A stretch of 64,000 nt of DNA from Malacoraja senta (Eukaryota): the NCBI GenBank assembly GCA_038087875.1, contig CM075998.1, positions 620,001 through 684,000 of the forward strand, in the 5' to 3' direction. Positions 11,017 through 23,857 of this stretch are shown piece after piece. The notes beneath the pieces are model-generated. The model was given only the letters and a program-made list of their open reading frames with translations. It did not search any database and had not been told where the DNA came from. A program made the translations under genes and the position numbers. Position 1 is the first letter of the stretch. Each line of letters starts with the position of its first letter.

Positions 11017-13998
11017 TCAAAGTTCATCAATCAACCTTGATATTCTGGTTGAGCGTCTTAATCCAGATTCTACAGGCGAACACCGCACTTTCGAGCTAGG
11101 GAACACCTGTTTTGGTATTGCAACCACCTGGTCAGGAACCTGTACTGCTACTTTAGCTGGTGAAATATCCAACGAAGGCATAGGTGCTTCTTTGGCAGTT
11201 AGAACAGGATAACAAGACATAGGCACAATAGGTTCCAATTCCTTATTCGACCATTGGCCCCCCATTGATACTGGCTGATCCGAAGCACTTAACCGAGGTT
11301 CCAGATGAGGAGCAATAGTAGACTGTACGATTTGATCCACATGCCGGCGAATCTGGCCATCGGCCGTGTTGACTGCATACATTAGAGGTCCTTGTACCTC
11401 CGCAACAACTCCCGGCTGCCATTTCTGGTTTCTATAATCGCGGGCAAGTACAGCTTCACCAACCTGGAAACTCCTGGTAAGACGTTGAGGTGCACAATGG
11501 AACACTTTCTGTTCCACTTGTCTTCTAAGATCAGGACGAACTAAGTCCAATTTGAAACCCAACTGTCTGTTGAAAAACACCATCGCAGGTGATTGACCTG
11601 TTACAGCATGAACCGCATTTCTATAGTTGAACAAAAAATTGTCCAATTTATGTTGCATAGGCAGATCCTCATGTTTCATTGCTTTAAGCGCCTTCTTAAA
11701 GGTCTGTACAAAACGCTCCGCCAGTCCATTTGTTGCCGGATGATAAGGTGCCGACGTATAGTGTTTAATGCCATTAGTCTTCAGAAACTTCTTAAAGTCT
11801 TCAGATACAAATTGAGGCCCGTTATCCGAACATATTTGTTCAGGCAAACCATACCTTGCAAAAATTGTTCGTAACGTCGCAATCGTCTTCTGAGACATAG
11901 TCGAGGACATCTTTATAACCTCTGGCCATTTCGAATGCGCATCTACTACCACCAGGAACATAGACTCTTGAAAGGGTCCTGCATAATCAATATGAACCCG
12001 TTTCCATGGACCAGACGGCCATTCCCATGGATGGATAGGGGCCAATGGAGGTGTCTTCTGCTCAAGCCGACAGCCAGAACAATTTTTGGCCAATTCCTCA
12101 ATCTGGCCATCAATACCTGGCCACCATACATATGCACGAGCCAGACTTTTCATCTTAGTGCATCCTAGATGACCAACGTGTAGTTCCTCCAAGATTTGTT
12201 TCTGTAACTTTTGGGGGATCACCACTCTAGAACCACACATCACGGTACGCCTGCACGTAGACAATTGTTCTCTTCTTGCTGAATATTGAGGAAACCGAGA
12301 ATCTCCTTCCGCTGGCCACCCTCGTACTGTTACATCATATACCCCTGAAAGAGTCCTATCATTCCTTGTCTCACGCTCTATACGTTTGTTATCCACTGGC
12401 AACACTTCACAAATGGACATATGAAACAACTCTGCCACATCAGTCATTGGTACATCACTTACAATCGGTAATGGCAATCTTGACAAACTATCTGCATTCC
12501 CATGCAACTTTGTGCCTCTATACTGGATGTCATAACGATGTGCACCCAAAAACAAGGCCCATCTCTGCAAGCGCTGTGCCGTCATCAAGGGCACCCCCTT
12601 TTTTGGATTAAATATCGAAACCAACGGCTGATGATCCGTAATCAATGTAAATTTCTGTCCATATAAGTAATGATTAAATTTTTTAACACCCCATACCAGG
12701 CTAAGAGCCTCCCTATCAATTTGGGCGTAATTCTTTTCAGCCGTGGACAATGACCTTGATGCAAAAGCAATTGGTCGTTCATGACCCCCTGGAAACTGAT
12801 GTGAAAGCACTGCACCTATACCATAAGGAGATGCATCACAAGCCAGCTTAATTGGTATTGCTGGATCAAAATGTGCAAGCACCTTCCTTGATGTAATCAA
12901 GACCTTACTATCAGCAAATGCCTTCACACATTCCAACGACCAATTCCATTTCACCCCTGATTTTAACAATCCATTTAATGGATACAGGATAGCAGATAAG
13001 TTTGGCAAAAATTTATGATAGTAATTTATCAGTCCCAGAAATGAGCGTAACTGTGACACATTCACCGGAGCTGGCGCATTTACCACCGCAGCAATTTTGT
13101 CTGGTGATTTATGCAACCCATGTCTATCAATCAAATGTCCACAATACGCCAGTTGTTCCTTGAAGAAGTCACACTTGGCCTTGTTAGCCCTAAGGCCATA
13201 ACGTTTTAACCTGCCCAACACCCGTTCCAAATTGGAGAGGTGTTCTTCCACCGTCCTACCTGTGATCAAAATATCATCCAAGTAACATTGGGTACCTGGA
13301 ATACCTTGCAGCACCTGCTCCATGGCTCTCTGCCACATAGCCGGCGCCGAAGCTACCCCAAAAACCAACCTATTATACCTATACAAGCCTTTATGCGTAT
13401 TAATCGTCAGGTAATGTCTGGAATCTTCCTCTACCTCCATCTGCAAATATGCTTGTGCCAGATCTATTTTAGAAAAATGTTGCCCTCCTGCCAATGAGGC
13501 AAAAATCTCATCAATCTTTGGCAATGGATATTGTACTACTTTTAACACTGGATTCACTGTAACTTTAAAATCACCACAAATACGTACTTTCTGTGCTAAT
13601 CCCGGGCCATCCGGCAAAGCCTTTTTCATAACCGGCACAATAGGTGTAGCCCATTCACTCCAATCTATCCTTGAGAGCACTCCTTGTTGCTCTAAGTTAT
13701 CTAATTCAGCTTCCACTGCTGGTCTAATTGCAAAAGGTACTGGTCGAGGTTTAAAAAACTTGGGGGCAGACCCCTCAGTAATTGATATAGTAGCTTGAAT
13801 ACCAACCAACTTGCCAAGTCCTGATTGAAACACCTCTGGAGCTGTTGCCAACACTTCAGCCAATTTACTTTTTGAGGGTCCTATTAACCCCCGCTCCCTA
13901 TGCTTTACTTCAACCAATTTACTTTGCAAGGGCAAAGTTAACCCCAGCTCCCTGTTAACCCCAGCTCCCTGTGCTTTAATGAGTGAATAGTTGACCAA
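11017..13998 (-). CDS. Gypsy Pol (RT-RNase H-integrase)
   Basis: YLDD, DASPYG, integrase HHCC and DDE region, GPY/F-like GPLMY; 993 uninterrupted codons. Confidence 0.95.
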   Translation of the reverse strand: MVNYSLIKAQGAGVNRELGLTLPLQSKLVEVKHRERGLIGPSKSKLAEVLATAPEVFQSGLGKLVGIQATISITEGSAPKFFKPRPVPFAIRPAVEAELDNLEQQGVLSRIDWSEWATPIVPVMKKALPDGPGLAQKVRICGDFKVTVNPVLKVVQYPLPKIDEIFASLAGGQHFSKIDLAQAYLQMEVEEDSRHYLTINTHKGLYRYNRLVFGVASAPAMWQRAMEQVLQGIPGTQCYLDDILITGRTVEEHLSNLERVLGRLKRYGLRANKAKCDFFKEQLAYCGHLIDRHGLHKSPDKIAAVVNAPAPVNVSQLRSFLGLINYYHKFLPNLSAILYPLNGLLKSGVKWNWSLECVKAFADSKVLITSRKVLAHFDPAIPIKLACDASPYGIGAVLSHQFPGGHERPIAFASRSLSTAEKNYAQIDREALSLVWGVKKFNHYLYGQKFTLITDHQPLVSIFNPKKGVPLMTAQRLQRWALFLGAHRYDIQYRGTKLHGNADSLSRLPLPIVSDVPMTDVAELFHMSICEVLPVDNKRIERETRNDRTLSGVYDVTVRGWPAEGDSRFPQYSARREQLSTCRRTVMCGSRVVIPQKLQKQILEELHVGHLGCTKMKSLARAYVWWPGIDGQIEELAKNCSGCRLEQKTPPLAPIHPWEWPSGPWKRVHIDYAGPFQESMFLVVVDAHSKWPEVIKMSSTMSQKTIATLRTIFARYGLPEQICSDNGPQFVSEDFKKFLKTNGIKHYTSAPYHPATNGLAERFVQTFKKALKAMKHEDLPMQHKLDNFLFNYRNAVHAVTGQSPAMVFFNRQLGFKLDLVRPDLRRQVEQKVFHCAPQRLTRSFQVGEAVLARDYRNQKWQPGVVAEVQGPLMYAVNTADGQIRRHVDQIVQSTIAPHLEPRLSASDQPVSMGGQWSNKELEPIVPMSCYPVLTAKEAPMPSLDISPAKVAVQVPDQVVAIPKQVFPSSKVRCSPVESGLRRSTRISRLIDEL

Positions 13999-14152
13999 TC
14001 AAATTTCAGTCTCCTAGCCCACTCTCTACCCAGTAATGGCCGTCCGCCTTCCCTCAGCACGTATATAAACAGATTCCTCACTGTCATACCATTGTACTTA
14101 GCTGATACCTCAATCCTTCCTTTTGGCCTAACCTTTTGACCCGTATAAGTTT

Positions 14153-15142
14153 TTAAAGCAACCGTTCTTGTGAAAAATACCTATAATAATCCTTCTCATT
14201 TATCACCGTTAACGCTGAACCAGTATCCAGTTCTAGTTTCAATGAAACTCCTGAAATGGTCAACATTACCCACATTGTATCCAGTTCTGTCGAATTCTGC
14301 ACTGCTTTAATCTTTAAGCAACTTACTTCTCTTGCTTCTACGTCTGAGTCACTACAACTGCTGCTCACACTACTTTCCCTAACTTCATGGACTAACTTGG
14401 CCTCAGCCCCCAATGTCCTTGCTCTATAGTGTTCACTTCTACCAGGCTTCTTTGACCTACAAGCCCGTACAATGTGACCCACTTTTCCACATCCATTACA
14501 TATTTTATCTTTAAACCAGCAATCTTTCTGATGGTGAGTGGTTTTTCCACACCGGACACATCTCTCAGCCTTTGGTAATAATTTATGGGTTTCAAACTCT
14601 GGACTCTTCTGTTGTATGGCCGCCGCGCCCTCTTGGGCTTTCTCAAATGACGTAGCCATTGTAAATGCTTTGGACAAATCTATATCACCCTCAGCTAACA
14701 GTTTTTGTAATAGAGTCTCACTTTTCAATCCACAAATAAATCTATCCCGTAATGCTTGATTTAAAAAATCATCAAATTTACAAAATACAGCTAATGTTCT
14801 TAGCTCTGCCAGAAATTGTGCCACAGTTTCTTCTAACTGCTGGTCCCTTTTATAAAATGCAAAACGCTCAGATAAGAACAATGGTGCTGGATTCAAGTGT
14901 TCCTTTAATTTATCAGATATCTGTTTAAATGTTGCATTTGCAGCTTTTGTAGGATGTAACAACCCCTTTGCTAATCCATAAGTCTTAGCACCCATATAAT
15001 TCAATAAATTCACAGCTTTCTTATCATCTGCTATATCATTAACAGTACAGAAAACATCAAATCTTTCCAAATATGTGTCCCAAGTCTCTAAGTTGCTCTC
15101 GAAGATTCCAAATTTTCCTTTTATTGCCATGTTGCTCATCAA
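14153..15142 (-). CDS. Gypsy Gag and start of protease
   Basis: Two CCHC knuckles (CVRCGKTTHHQKDC, CNGCGKVGHIVRAC) and protease LDTGS; the frame breaks at about 14155. Confidence 0.9.
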   Translation of the reverse strand: MMSNMAIKGKFGIFESNLETWDTYLERFDVFCTVNDIADDKKAVNLLNYMGAKTYGLAKGLLHPTKAANATFKQISDKLKEHLNPAPLFLSERFAFYKRDQQLEETVAQFLAELRTLAVFCKFDDFLNQALRDRFICGLKSETLLQKLLAEGDIDLSKAFTMATSFEKAQEGAAAIQQKSPEFETHKLLPKAERCVRCGKTTHHQKDCWFKDKICNGCGKVGHIVRACRSKKPGRSEHYRARTLGAEAKLVHEVRESSVSSSCSDSDVEAREVSCLKIKAVQNSTELDTMWVMLTISGVSLKLELDTGSALTVINEKDYYRYFSQERLL

Positions 15143-16187
15143 TTAGCTTCAATGGAATTTGTAAAACTTGTAAAATGGCGGTTCCCGCTTTTGCACCCTT
15201 CTCTTCCGGTTTTTAGGCATGCCAAAAATGGCGGTTCCCGCCCTGTCTGCGCCCTTCTCTCGCAGCGTTTCTTTTTCCTGGACCCTCTAGGTCCGTTTCC
15301 AACCAGTCTCTTCAGCCTCCATCGGGTATACAGGCCTCTTTAACTGCTGAAACTGGAAAACCCCCACCGGCACACTATGCACTACCGACGGTATTCACCC
15401 CAACTTTCCTGGGGCCCGCTCTCCGAGGTCACTTCTCCCCCTTGACTGCACTTTGCCCCAACCCTCACAACTTTGGAGCTCCAGTCCAGCCTCAACCACA
15501 CACCCGCCTCTACCAAGCTTCTTTGCCTTGGGAGGGTGCGGGGAGCGTTCTCCACTCGATCTTTCAGGATGCCAAGGTCGGTAAGACATCAGGGTTCTTT
15601 AATCTCGTCGCCACTGTTAAGTACTGGAGTCAGATACTTAAATAACCATCGAGAAACCATCAGGTAAAACCAACGTGCCTTTAATCATGGTTTCAGAGGG
15701 GGAAAGGAAGAGAGAGTGCTCACACTACCACCAGGGCTTTTATACTAAGCAAGCCCCCTTTTGTGGCTACCGGTATTACAATAGGTGTATGATATCTCTT
15801 AAAGGGGCATACACCACACTTTTACCATGCCTTTCAAGAACTCGGGCCATCACAACGCACTTTACTGCCAATGTAGCACTCTTGAAGTATGATCACAGTT
15901 GGAAACTAGAATGCACACAACCCAACTAGTGAACAGCAAGCTCCTACAAAGAACAATGTGATAATAACAATAATAATGCATTTTATTCATGGGCGCTTTT
16001 CAGGACTCTCAAGGACACCTTACAGTTAAAACAAGCATGAAACAAAAACAAATACAGCAACAATACACAATTCGGAGAGAGAGCAGCGGCAGCCAATCGC
16101 GCCAGCCAATGGTCAATCTGTTACTGTAATGTAAATTATTAAATTTAGATGGTAAATCAGGGGAAGGAGTGGGGTCTGAACCCCGGC

Positions 16188-17058
16188 AGAAGATATTTGT
16201 TGTTCATTGAAGCGGTATGGGTTTGTTAGGCTGAGCCAGCAGTTATGCCCATCCCTAATTGCCTGAAAAAGGTGGCGGTGAACTGCCTTCTTGAACCGTT
16301 GCAGTGCTTGAGGCATGGATATACCCACAATGCTGTCAGGAAGGGAGTTCACGGATTTTGAACAAGTGACAGTAGGGCAGAGCACGCTGGGATTTACAAA
16401 GGGTAAGTACATTTAGGTTTGATTTCAGAAGAGCATAGAATCTATGAATCAAATCCACTCTCAAACCAGACTCCCAGAAAGGGGATGAAATCAAATGTTT
16501 AAAAACGTGCTTAAAAATAAATTGGACAATTAAAACTACCCAATAGAAATGCTGATTTTATCCTCCAAAAATTGTCTTTTAGAAGCAGCATTAATATCTT
16601 TACTCACAAGAGGGAGCTCAAAGCTCCCAACACCATCGCTAATCTCTTCCTTGCTGATGATTTGGAATGATGTGTCAATTGTACAATATGTACGTAGCCT
16701 TTCAGGCAGTGAATTTTCTTCACACGCGTTTTCTACACATCAGCTCTGACCTTCCCTCTCCCAGATAAAATAAAGATAGAGTTCCCCTGGTCCTCACCTT
16801 TCACTCCTCTAGCCTCCGCATCCAGCATAACATCTTTCACCACTTCCACTACAGGTCACAGCTTCCCCTTTCTGCTTGTCAGACCTAGATTAAGAAAACT
16901 TCATTTTCGGGTACTTCCACTGTCCTTTGTGTACCTAACACACTATCCTCCATTCTGCTCTCCCTTTCTGCTTCAGTGTTAGAAACCAGTAGACATTTGC
17001 ACTGACCCTCTCTGACATAAATTCCTCTATACAATTATTGTTGCCATCATTTTAGTGA
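16188..17058. repeat. 871-bp direct repeat, copy 1 (5' flank of L1)
   Basis: Recurs at 22314-23184 at a constant offset of 6126, with about 7 substitutions counted by eye. Confidence 0.95.
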
Positions 17059-20000
17059 GAAGGTTAAAGAGCTTTTAAGAGGGAAACAAGGGATCAGATA
17101 CGGGGTTTTTTATCCAGCTAAAATGCGTATTTCTTTCAGGGGTTCTGAAAAGTCATTTGTAAAACCCGAGGATGCGTTCAAATATGCCCAGAGTATCGTT
17201 GAAAAATAGAAATCAATAGTACGAATTGATTTTAAAACACTAGAATTCCACGGTTAATGGAGGTTTGGCAGATTTGAACCATTCCAAGCAATGTTTTGTT
17301 TTGGGATGGCTAGACTCTTATCTATGGAATTTTGAATCAAGGACACTTTCTGTTCAAAACGAGTAAACAGCTGAATAGAAGTGAATGGTATATACCAGAA
17401 GCATTATCTGTTTAATAGACTACAATATTAAATCCAATTATAAGAACTTATCCTATTAACAATTTAATAAGTTATCTATGTTAGATTAGAATAGCTACGG
17501 ACGCTAATAAAAATAAAAAATAAAAAATAAAAAACAATGAACTAACAATACTAATACGAATTTTTACTAAATTCAAACCTTATCTATAACTGGGAGGAGG
17601 GGATGAGCAACGAGCACCTGGCTTAGGTCCAGGGGCACGTCTCGTTAACCCCTTCAACCAACAGTTGACCATTATTGGTCAAAATTATCTGTTTAATAAT
17701 TAGTAGCTAAAATTGTGATATATACATGATATGTTATAATGAAATATATAGGGTAAAACTGTATTATATATCTGAATGTGAGGCCCCGTTTTAATATTTT
17801 AATATGTTATGATTAACCAAGAGAGCGGAGCTATTTGTTTAACATCACAATGGAAGTCGAAACAAGGTTTTCTCCCACCTACAGGTGGGCCACTTGTTAC
17901 AGTGTCGACTATATTAGACACTGTATTTTCACTTTTTTAATTTTTTTTAAATTATCACATAAACTCACATGTTTGTGTTTAGTGTTTAGTGATAAGCGTA
18001 AAAGGGATATACCAACAAAACTTAGAAATTCAAAAGTTCCCCCAATACCCAAAGACCTGGGATATGGATGCACCACAAGATTTAAAGGTACTATAATTAT
18101 TCAAAATGCAAGATGCTAAGCAAAAGAACCTAGGAGGAGTCTCATTCTGTAGTTGGAATATAAGAGGTATTAACGAACCTATTAAAAGGGGTAAGATACT
18201 AGCTCAGCTGAAACTGTACAACTCTGACGTTATCTTCTTACAAGAAACTCATCTAAAATCTCATGACCAAGCTAGGTTGAGGGCGAAATGGATAAGTCAA
18301 ACATACCATTCTTCATTTACTTCGAAATCTAGAGGTACGTCAATCATTATAAGAAAAGGTATACCATTTAAAGCAAAGAATACCATAACAGACATCGAAG
18401 GGAGATACTTAATAGTTAATGGAGAAATTCATGATACTCCAATTACCTTGGTAAATATATACGCGCCTAACTTTGACAACCCTCATTTTTTAAATAAAAT
18501 TCTGAACATAATCGCAGAGTCTAACTATCAAAATGTTATAATAGGAGGAGACTTTAACTGTGTTTTAGATCCGTATTTAGATAAATCAAGCCAAAAACAG
18601 AGAGGGAATACAAAATCTAAAACCGGTGAACTTCACAATACTTATATAAACAATACTAATATAGCAGATGTTTGGAGAATTGTTAATCCAACTGGCAGGG
18701 AATACTCGTTTTATTCAATGGTACACAAAACATACTCACGTATAGATTATTTCCTGGTGGATACAAAATTAATCCCTCATACTTTTAACCCAACATACCA
18801 TACAAATTCGATTTCAGACCATTCACCACTAACTTTCTTTTTAAAACTGGAAGGAATGTCTAAGAATAAACCGTTCTGGAGATTTGATTCTTACATCCTA
18901 AAAGATCCACAAGCGAGTATATATTTAAAAGAACAAACGGATGCCTTTTTTGAAATAAATGACACTCCAGACATATCGCCTACTGTATTATGGGAATCTT
19001 TTAAAGCATACATTAGAGGTATTATAATTTCATATCAAGCTTTTCAAAATAAAAAGAATAATAATGAACAAAAACAGTTAGAGGAACTTATTAGACAAAT
19101 GGATATAGATAATGCTAAAGATCCATCAATAGATAAACATAATAAAATAGTAATTTTGAAATTTAAATTAAATAAACTATTATCAGCCAAACTGATAAGA
19201 CTTTTTCAAATTACAAAACAAGAGCACTTTGAATTTGGGGATAAACCGCATAAACTTTTGGCTCGCCAGCTAAAAAAACGAGAAAAAGAACATACGATCC
19301 CAAAGATTAAATCAGATAGAGGGGAATTATTAACCATACCGAAGGATATTAATAAAAGATTTGCGCAATTTTATGAGAATTTGTATATATCTAAAACGAT
19401 AACTGACTCCAATAAAATTACAGAGTTTTTGGATAATTGTAATCTTCCAAAGTTAGAGTTGAAGGAACAAGAGGAATTGGGAGCACAAATCTCAATTAAG
19501 GAATTAGAAGATACAATAAACTCACTAAAGAATGGAAAAACACCAGGTCCTGATGGATTTACTAATGAATTTTATAAAAGCTTCTATGACAAAATTATAC
19601 CAAGATTACAAAAAATGTACCAATATGCTTTAAAAAACCAAATACTACCTGATACATTAGCGGAATCAACGATTACACTAATACTTAAGAAAGACAAAGA
19701 TATAGAAGAACCGGGTTCATATAGAGCTATAGCATTGTTAAACACAGATCAAAAAATATTAGCGAAAACATTAGCTAGAAGATTAAGTAAATATATTAGT
19801 AAACTAATAAACCCAGATCAGACGGGGTTTATCCCTAAGAGATATTCATCTAACAATATGAGACGTTTACTTAACACAATGCATTCACATAAATCTGAAG
19901 AACAAGAATTATCAATTATTTCGCTGGATGCTGAAAAAGCATTTGACCAAGTAGAATGGAATTATATGGATAAAGTATTACAAAAATTCCAATTGGGAGA

Positions 20001-22277
20001 GAATTTTATTCTATGGATTAAATTATTATATAATAAACCTACAGCTAGAATATTAACTAATAACATATTATCCTTGAAATTTCAACTATCAAGGGGAAAT
20101 AGACAAGGATGCTCATTATCACCACAGTTGTTTGCTCTTATTATTGAACCTTTAGCAGAAAAAATTAGAATACATCCTGATATCCATGGGTATAATACTA
20201 AATATTGAAATAATAAAATATCTTTATACGCGGATGATATATTACTGTACATTACAAAACCTCAAATCACTATACCAAATATATTAAATTTAATTGAAGA
20301 CTTTGGATCTTTTTCTGGATACAGCATAAATTGGAATAAAAGTGAAATTATGTCAATAAAACCGAAAGACTCAACACATCTTTTAAAATCCCCTTTTAAA
20401 ATAGCTACAGAAAAATTTAAATACTTGGGAATCGAAATTACTAGAACATATCAAGGTATGTTTAAAGCAAATTTTGATCCTCTACTTAATAAATTAAACA
20501 CACTAATTAAATTTTGGAAAACGCTCCCGATGTCTTTAATAGGCCAAATAAATGCAATAAAAATGATCTTTCTACCACAAATTTTATACCTATTTCAATC
20601 GATTCCTATATACCTACCAAATAAGTTTTTTTTTAAATTGGACTCAGATATCACTAATTTTATATGGGACTATAAATCACATAGAATACAAAAAACTCAC
20701 TTGAACAAACCTAAAGTATTAGGGGGCTTAGCACTACCTAATTTCATGTATTATTATTGGTCAATAAATATTAAAAATATGATTCAACTGATGGATAACT
20801 CTGCCCAGCAAGTGGATTGGATTGTAATGGAGAGAGAGGATTGCTCCTCTGGAAACATTGGAGCGATCCTCCTCTCACCAATGAAACTGAATAACATAAA
20901 TTATAATAAGAACCCAATTATACATAGCACAATCAGAATTTGGAAACAAATGAAACAAAATTAAAAATTAAGAAATTTATCACTTTTATCTCCCATAGTT
21001 AATAATCCTTCGTTTAATCCCTCTATTATAGATAAATCTTTCACACACTGGGATAGACTAGGAATTAAAACGTTCGGTGACCTGTATGAAACTGGAAAAT
21101 TACTGTCATTTCAACAATTACAAATAAAATATAAACTCGGAAATAATCAATATTTTAAATATTTTCAAATATGCGACTATTTGAAAAAATATACAAAAGA
21201 TCATTATAATAGCCCAGCAGATGTATTGGATGATGCAATGCAGATAAAAGCTGAATCAGCAAACTTAATATCATATTTGTATAATATTATCTTAAATGTA
21301 GAAATACCATCTACGGAGGGTATCAGAAGAGACTGGGAACAAGAATTAGCTATTAAAATTTCAAAGGAAAGGTGGAATGAACACTTATTAAACGTGCATA
21401 AATGTTCGATTAATGTAAGACACACTTTAATACAATTTAAAATCTTACATAGATTATATTATTCCAAAACTAAAATCCATAAAATTTTCCCAAATGTATC
21501 ATCCATTTGTGATAAATGTCAATCTCAAGAAGCTACTATAGCGCACTCATTTGTTTTCTGTACAAAAATTCAAAAATTTTGGATTGAAATTTTTGAAATC
21601 TTTACAAAATTATTTAAAATAAAACTGATACCCAAAGCAGAATGGATTATCTTCGGAATAACGGAAGATGGTCCAGAACTAAATGTGTTCCAAAAGAAAC
21701 TAATAGACTATGGGTTAATAACTGGAAAAAAGCTAATCCTAAAATTTTGGAAAAAGGCTCCAATACCAACTATAAACATGTGGATTTCAAATATGTTCGA
21801 AACATTACACCTAGAAGAGATAAGACTCCTCCTGGCAGGTAAACCAGATCACTTCCACCTGACGTGGTCTGCATTTATAGAATTATTACAAATATAGGGT
21901 GCAAAAGTACCTTAAAAAAAACTGAGGTCAGGTAAGGGGGGATGAAAGTTGGAGAGTTGGTATGTCCCATTTGCGTGATGCTTACAAAAACTATTTGTTT
22001 TTCTCTTTTCCCTCTTTCTCTTTCTTCTTCTTTTCTAGGGTCTATTTCTTAACTCTTTTTCTTTTGTTTTTAATTTCGTTCTTATAGGGTCTTCGTTCTT
22101 TCTTGTTGTCACGTTTTTTACACTTTCACCTTTTCCTTCACTTTCTTCTTTCTTTCAATCTCATCCTTTTCCTTTATTAGTGTAAAAACCAAACGGAGTA
22201 CATTAATTGTAAGAAGATATATGTGACGAGTACTAATGTATGTGGTTGTAATGTAATGTACTTCTAATAAATAAAAA

Positions 22278-22313
<36 letters not shown>
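17059..22313 (+). mobile_element. L1-clade LINE, 5'-truncated near the end of ORF1
   Basis: ORF1 tail KVKELLRGKQGIRYGVFYPAKMRISF...EK* (to 17209), about 900-bp spacer, ORF2, 3' UTR, AATAAA and long poly(A). Confidence 0.95.
18106..21897 (+). pseudogene. L1 ORF2 (APE endonuclease-RT-Cys-rich domain), one frame with two nonsense codons
   Basis: SWNIRG, GGDFN, SDH, RQGC.LSP, YADD, CDKC...HSFVFC. Only stops are 20206-20208 and 20962-20964; ORFs starting 18106, 20350 and 21181 share a frame. Confidence 0.93.
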
Positions 22314-22316
<3 letters not shown>

Positions 22317-23184
22317 AGATATTTGTTGTTCATTGAAGCAGTATGGGTTTGTTAGGCTGAGCCAGCAGTTATGCCCATCCCTAATTGCCTGAAAAAGGTG
22401 GCGGTGAACTGCCTTCTTGAACCGTTGCAGTGCTTGAGGCATGGATATACCCACAATGCTGTCAGGAAGGGAGTTCACGGATTTTGAACAAGTGACAGTA
22501 GGGCAGAGCACGCTGGGATTTACAAAGGGTAAGTACATTTAGGTTTGATTTCAGAAGGGCATAGAATCTATGAATCAAATCCACTCTCAAACCAGACTCC
22601 CAGAAAGGGGATGAAATCAAATGTTTAAAAACGTGCTTAAAAAGAAATTGGACAATTAAAACTACCCAATAGAAATGCTGATTTTATCCTCCAAAAATTG
22701 TCTTTTAGAAGCAGCATTAATATCTTTACTCACAAGAGGGAGCTCAAAGCTCCCAACACCATTGCTAATCTCTTCCTTGCTGATGATTTGGAATGATGTG
22801 TCAATTGTACAATATGTACGTAGCCTTTCAGGCAGTGAATTTTCTTCACACGCGTTTTCTACACATCAGCTCTGACCTTCCCTCTCCCAGATAAAATAAA
22901 GATAGAGTTCCCCTGGTCCTCACCTTTCACTCCTCTAGCCTCCGCATCCAGCATAACATCCTTCACCACTTCCACTACAGGTCACAGCTTCCCCTTTCTG
23001 CTTGTCAGACCTAGATTAAGAAAACTTCATTTTCAGGTACTTCCACTGTCCTTTGTGTACCTAACACACTATCCTCCATTCTGCTCTCCCTTTCTGCTTC
23101 AGTGTTAGAAACCAGTAGCCATTTGCACTGACCCTCTCTGACATAAATTCCTCTATACAATTATTGTTGCCATCATTTTAGTGA
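22314..23184. repeat. 871-bp direct repeat, copy 2 (follows the L1 poly(A))
   Basis: Matches 16188-17058. Confidence 0.95.
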
Positions 23185-23599
23185 AAAGTCTGACTCCAAA
23201 CCTTCCTCTTTTGTTCAGGTTAATAAAGCCAGGACTGACCTTGAGTGTAACACTCACTTTGTCCTCAAATACACGAGGCCCTCAATCATGAAACAAGCAA
23301 AAATGAGTTTTCTCATCAACTTCTTGGTGACTTTCACAAAACATTTTTCTGGAGGGATAGAGTAGCTCTAAACATTGATGAATTACAATTAAAACACAAA
23401 GTACTTGTGCTGTAACTCCAGGATAAGCGCTCAACTAAGAAAACCAAGCCCAAAACCAAAATATTATCTAACTGAATATACCAAAACAGCTACCTACATG
23501 TTAACCAGGTCTTACAAAATGAATCATATAGATGCAAGTATATGATTGGGGTTATCAAGTGGGCACCTCCCTTCACTGATGTTTCGTTGAGTTAGACCT

Positions 23600-23815
23600 A
23601 CAACATCTCGGGAAGACTCAACAGTTGGTTCTGGCATCCCAGAATACCTTTTCCATATAAAGCCACATGGCTAAGACACCGTGGAACTTCTAACCATTTC
23701 CTAATATATGAACTAACCAATCTCTCTAACCTTTCCACCTTAGAAATTGGCACCTCATATACTGTCAATGGCCACATCAACCCGGGGAATAGCCCAAACT
23801 GCAAACACCACAACT

Positions 23816-23857
<42 letters not shown>

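Larger units (their letters stand above)
10601..15818 (-). mobile_element. Full-length Ty3/Gypsy (Mag-like) LTR retrotransposon
   Basis: LTRs at 15615-15818 (5') and 10601-10802 (3'), TG...CA ends, differing only by one AG unit. 5-bp TSD CTTTT (10596-10600, 15819-15823). PBS TGGCGACGAG (tRNA-Ser-like) at about 15604-15613; PPT at about 10803-10816. Confidence 0.97.

Noticed and set aside
16188-23184. Reading the 871-bp repeats as LTRs or as a 3' transduction
   Set aside because: No TG..CA, PBS or PPT; the interior is a poly(A)-tailed L1; the repeat contains ordinary old host repeats and has no second poly(A).
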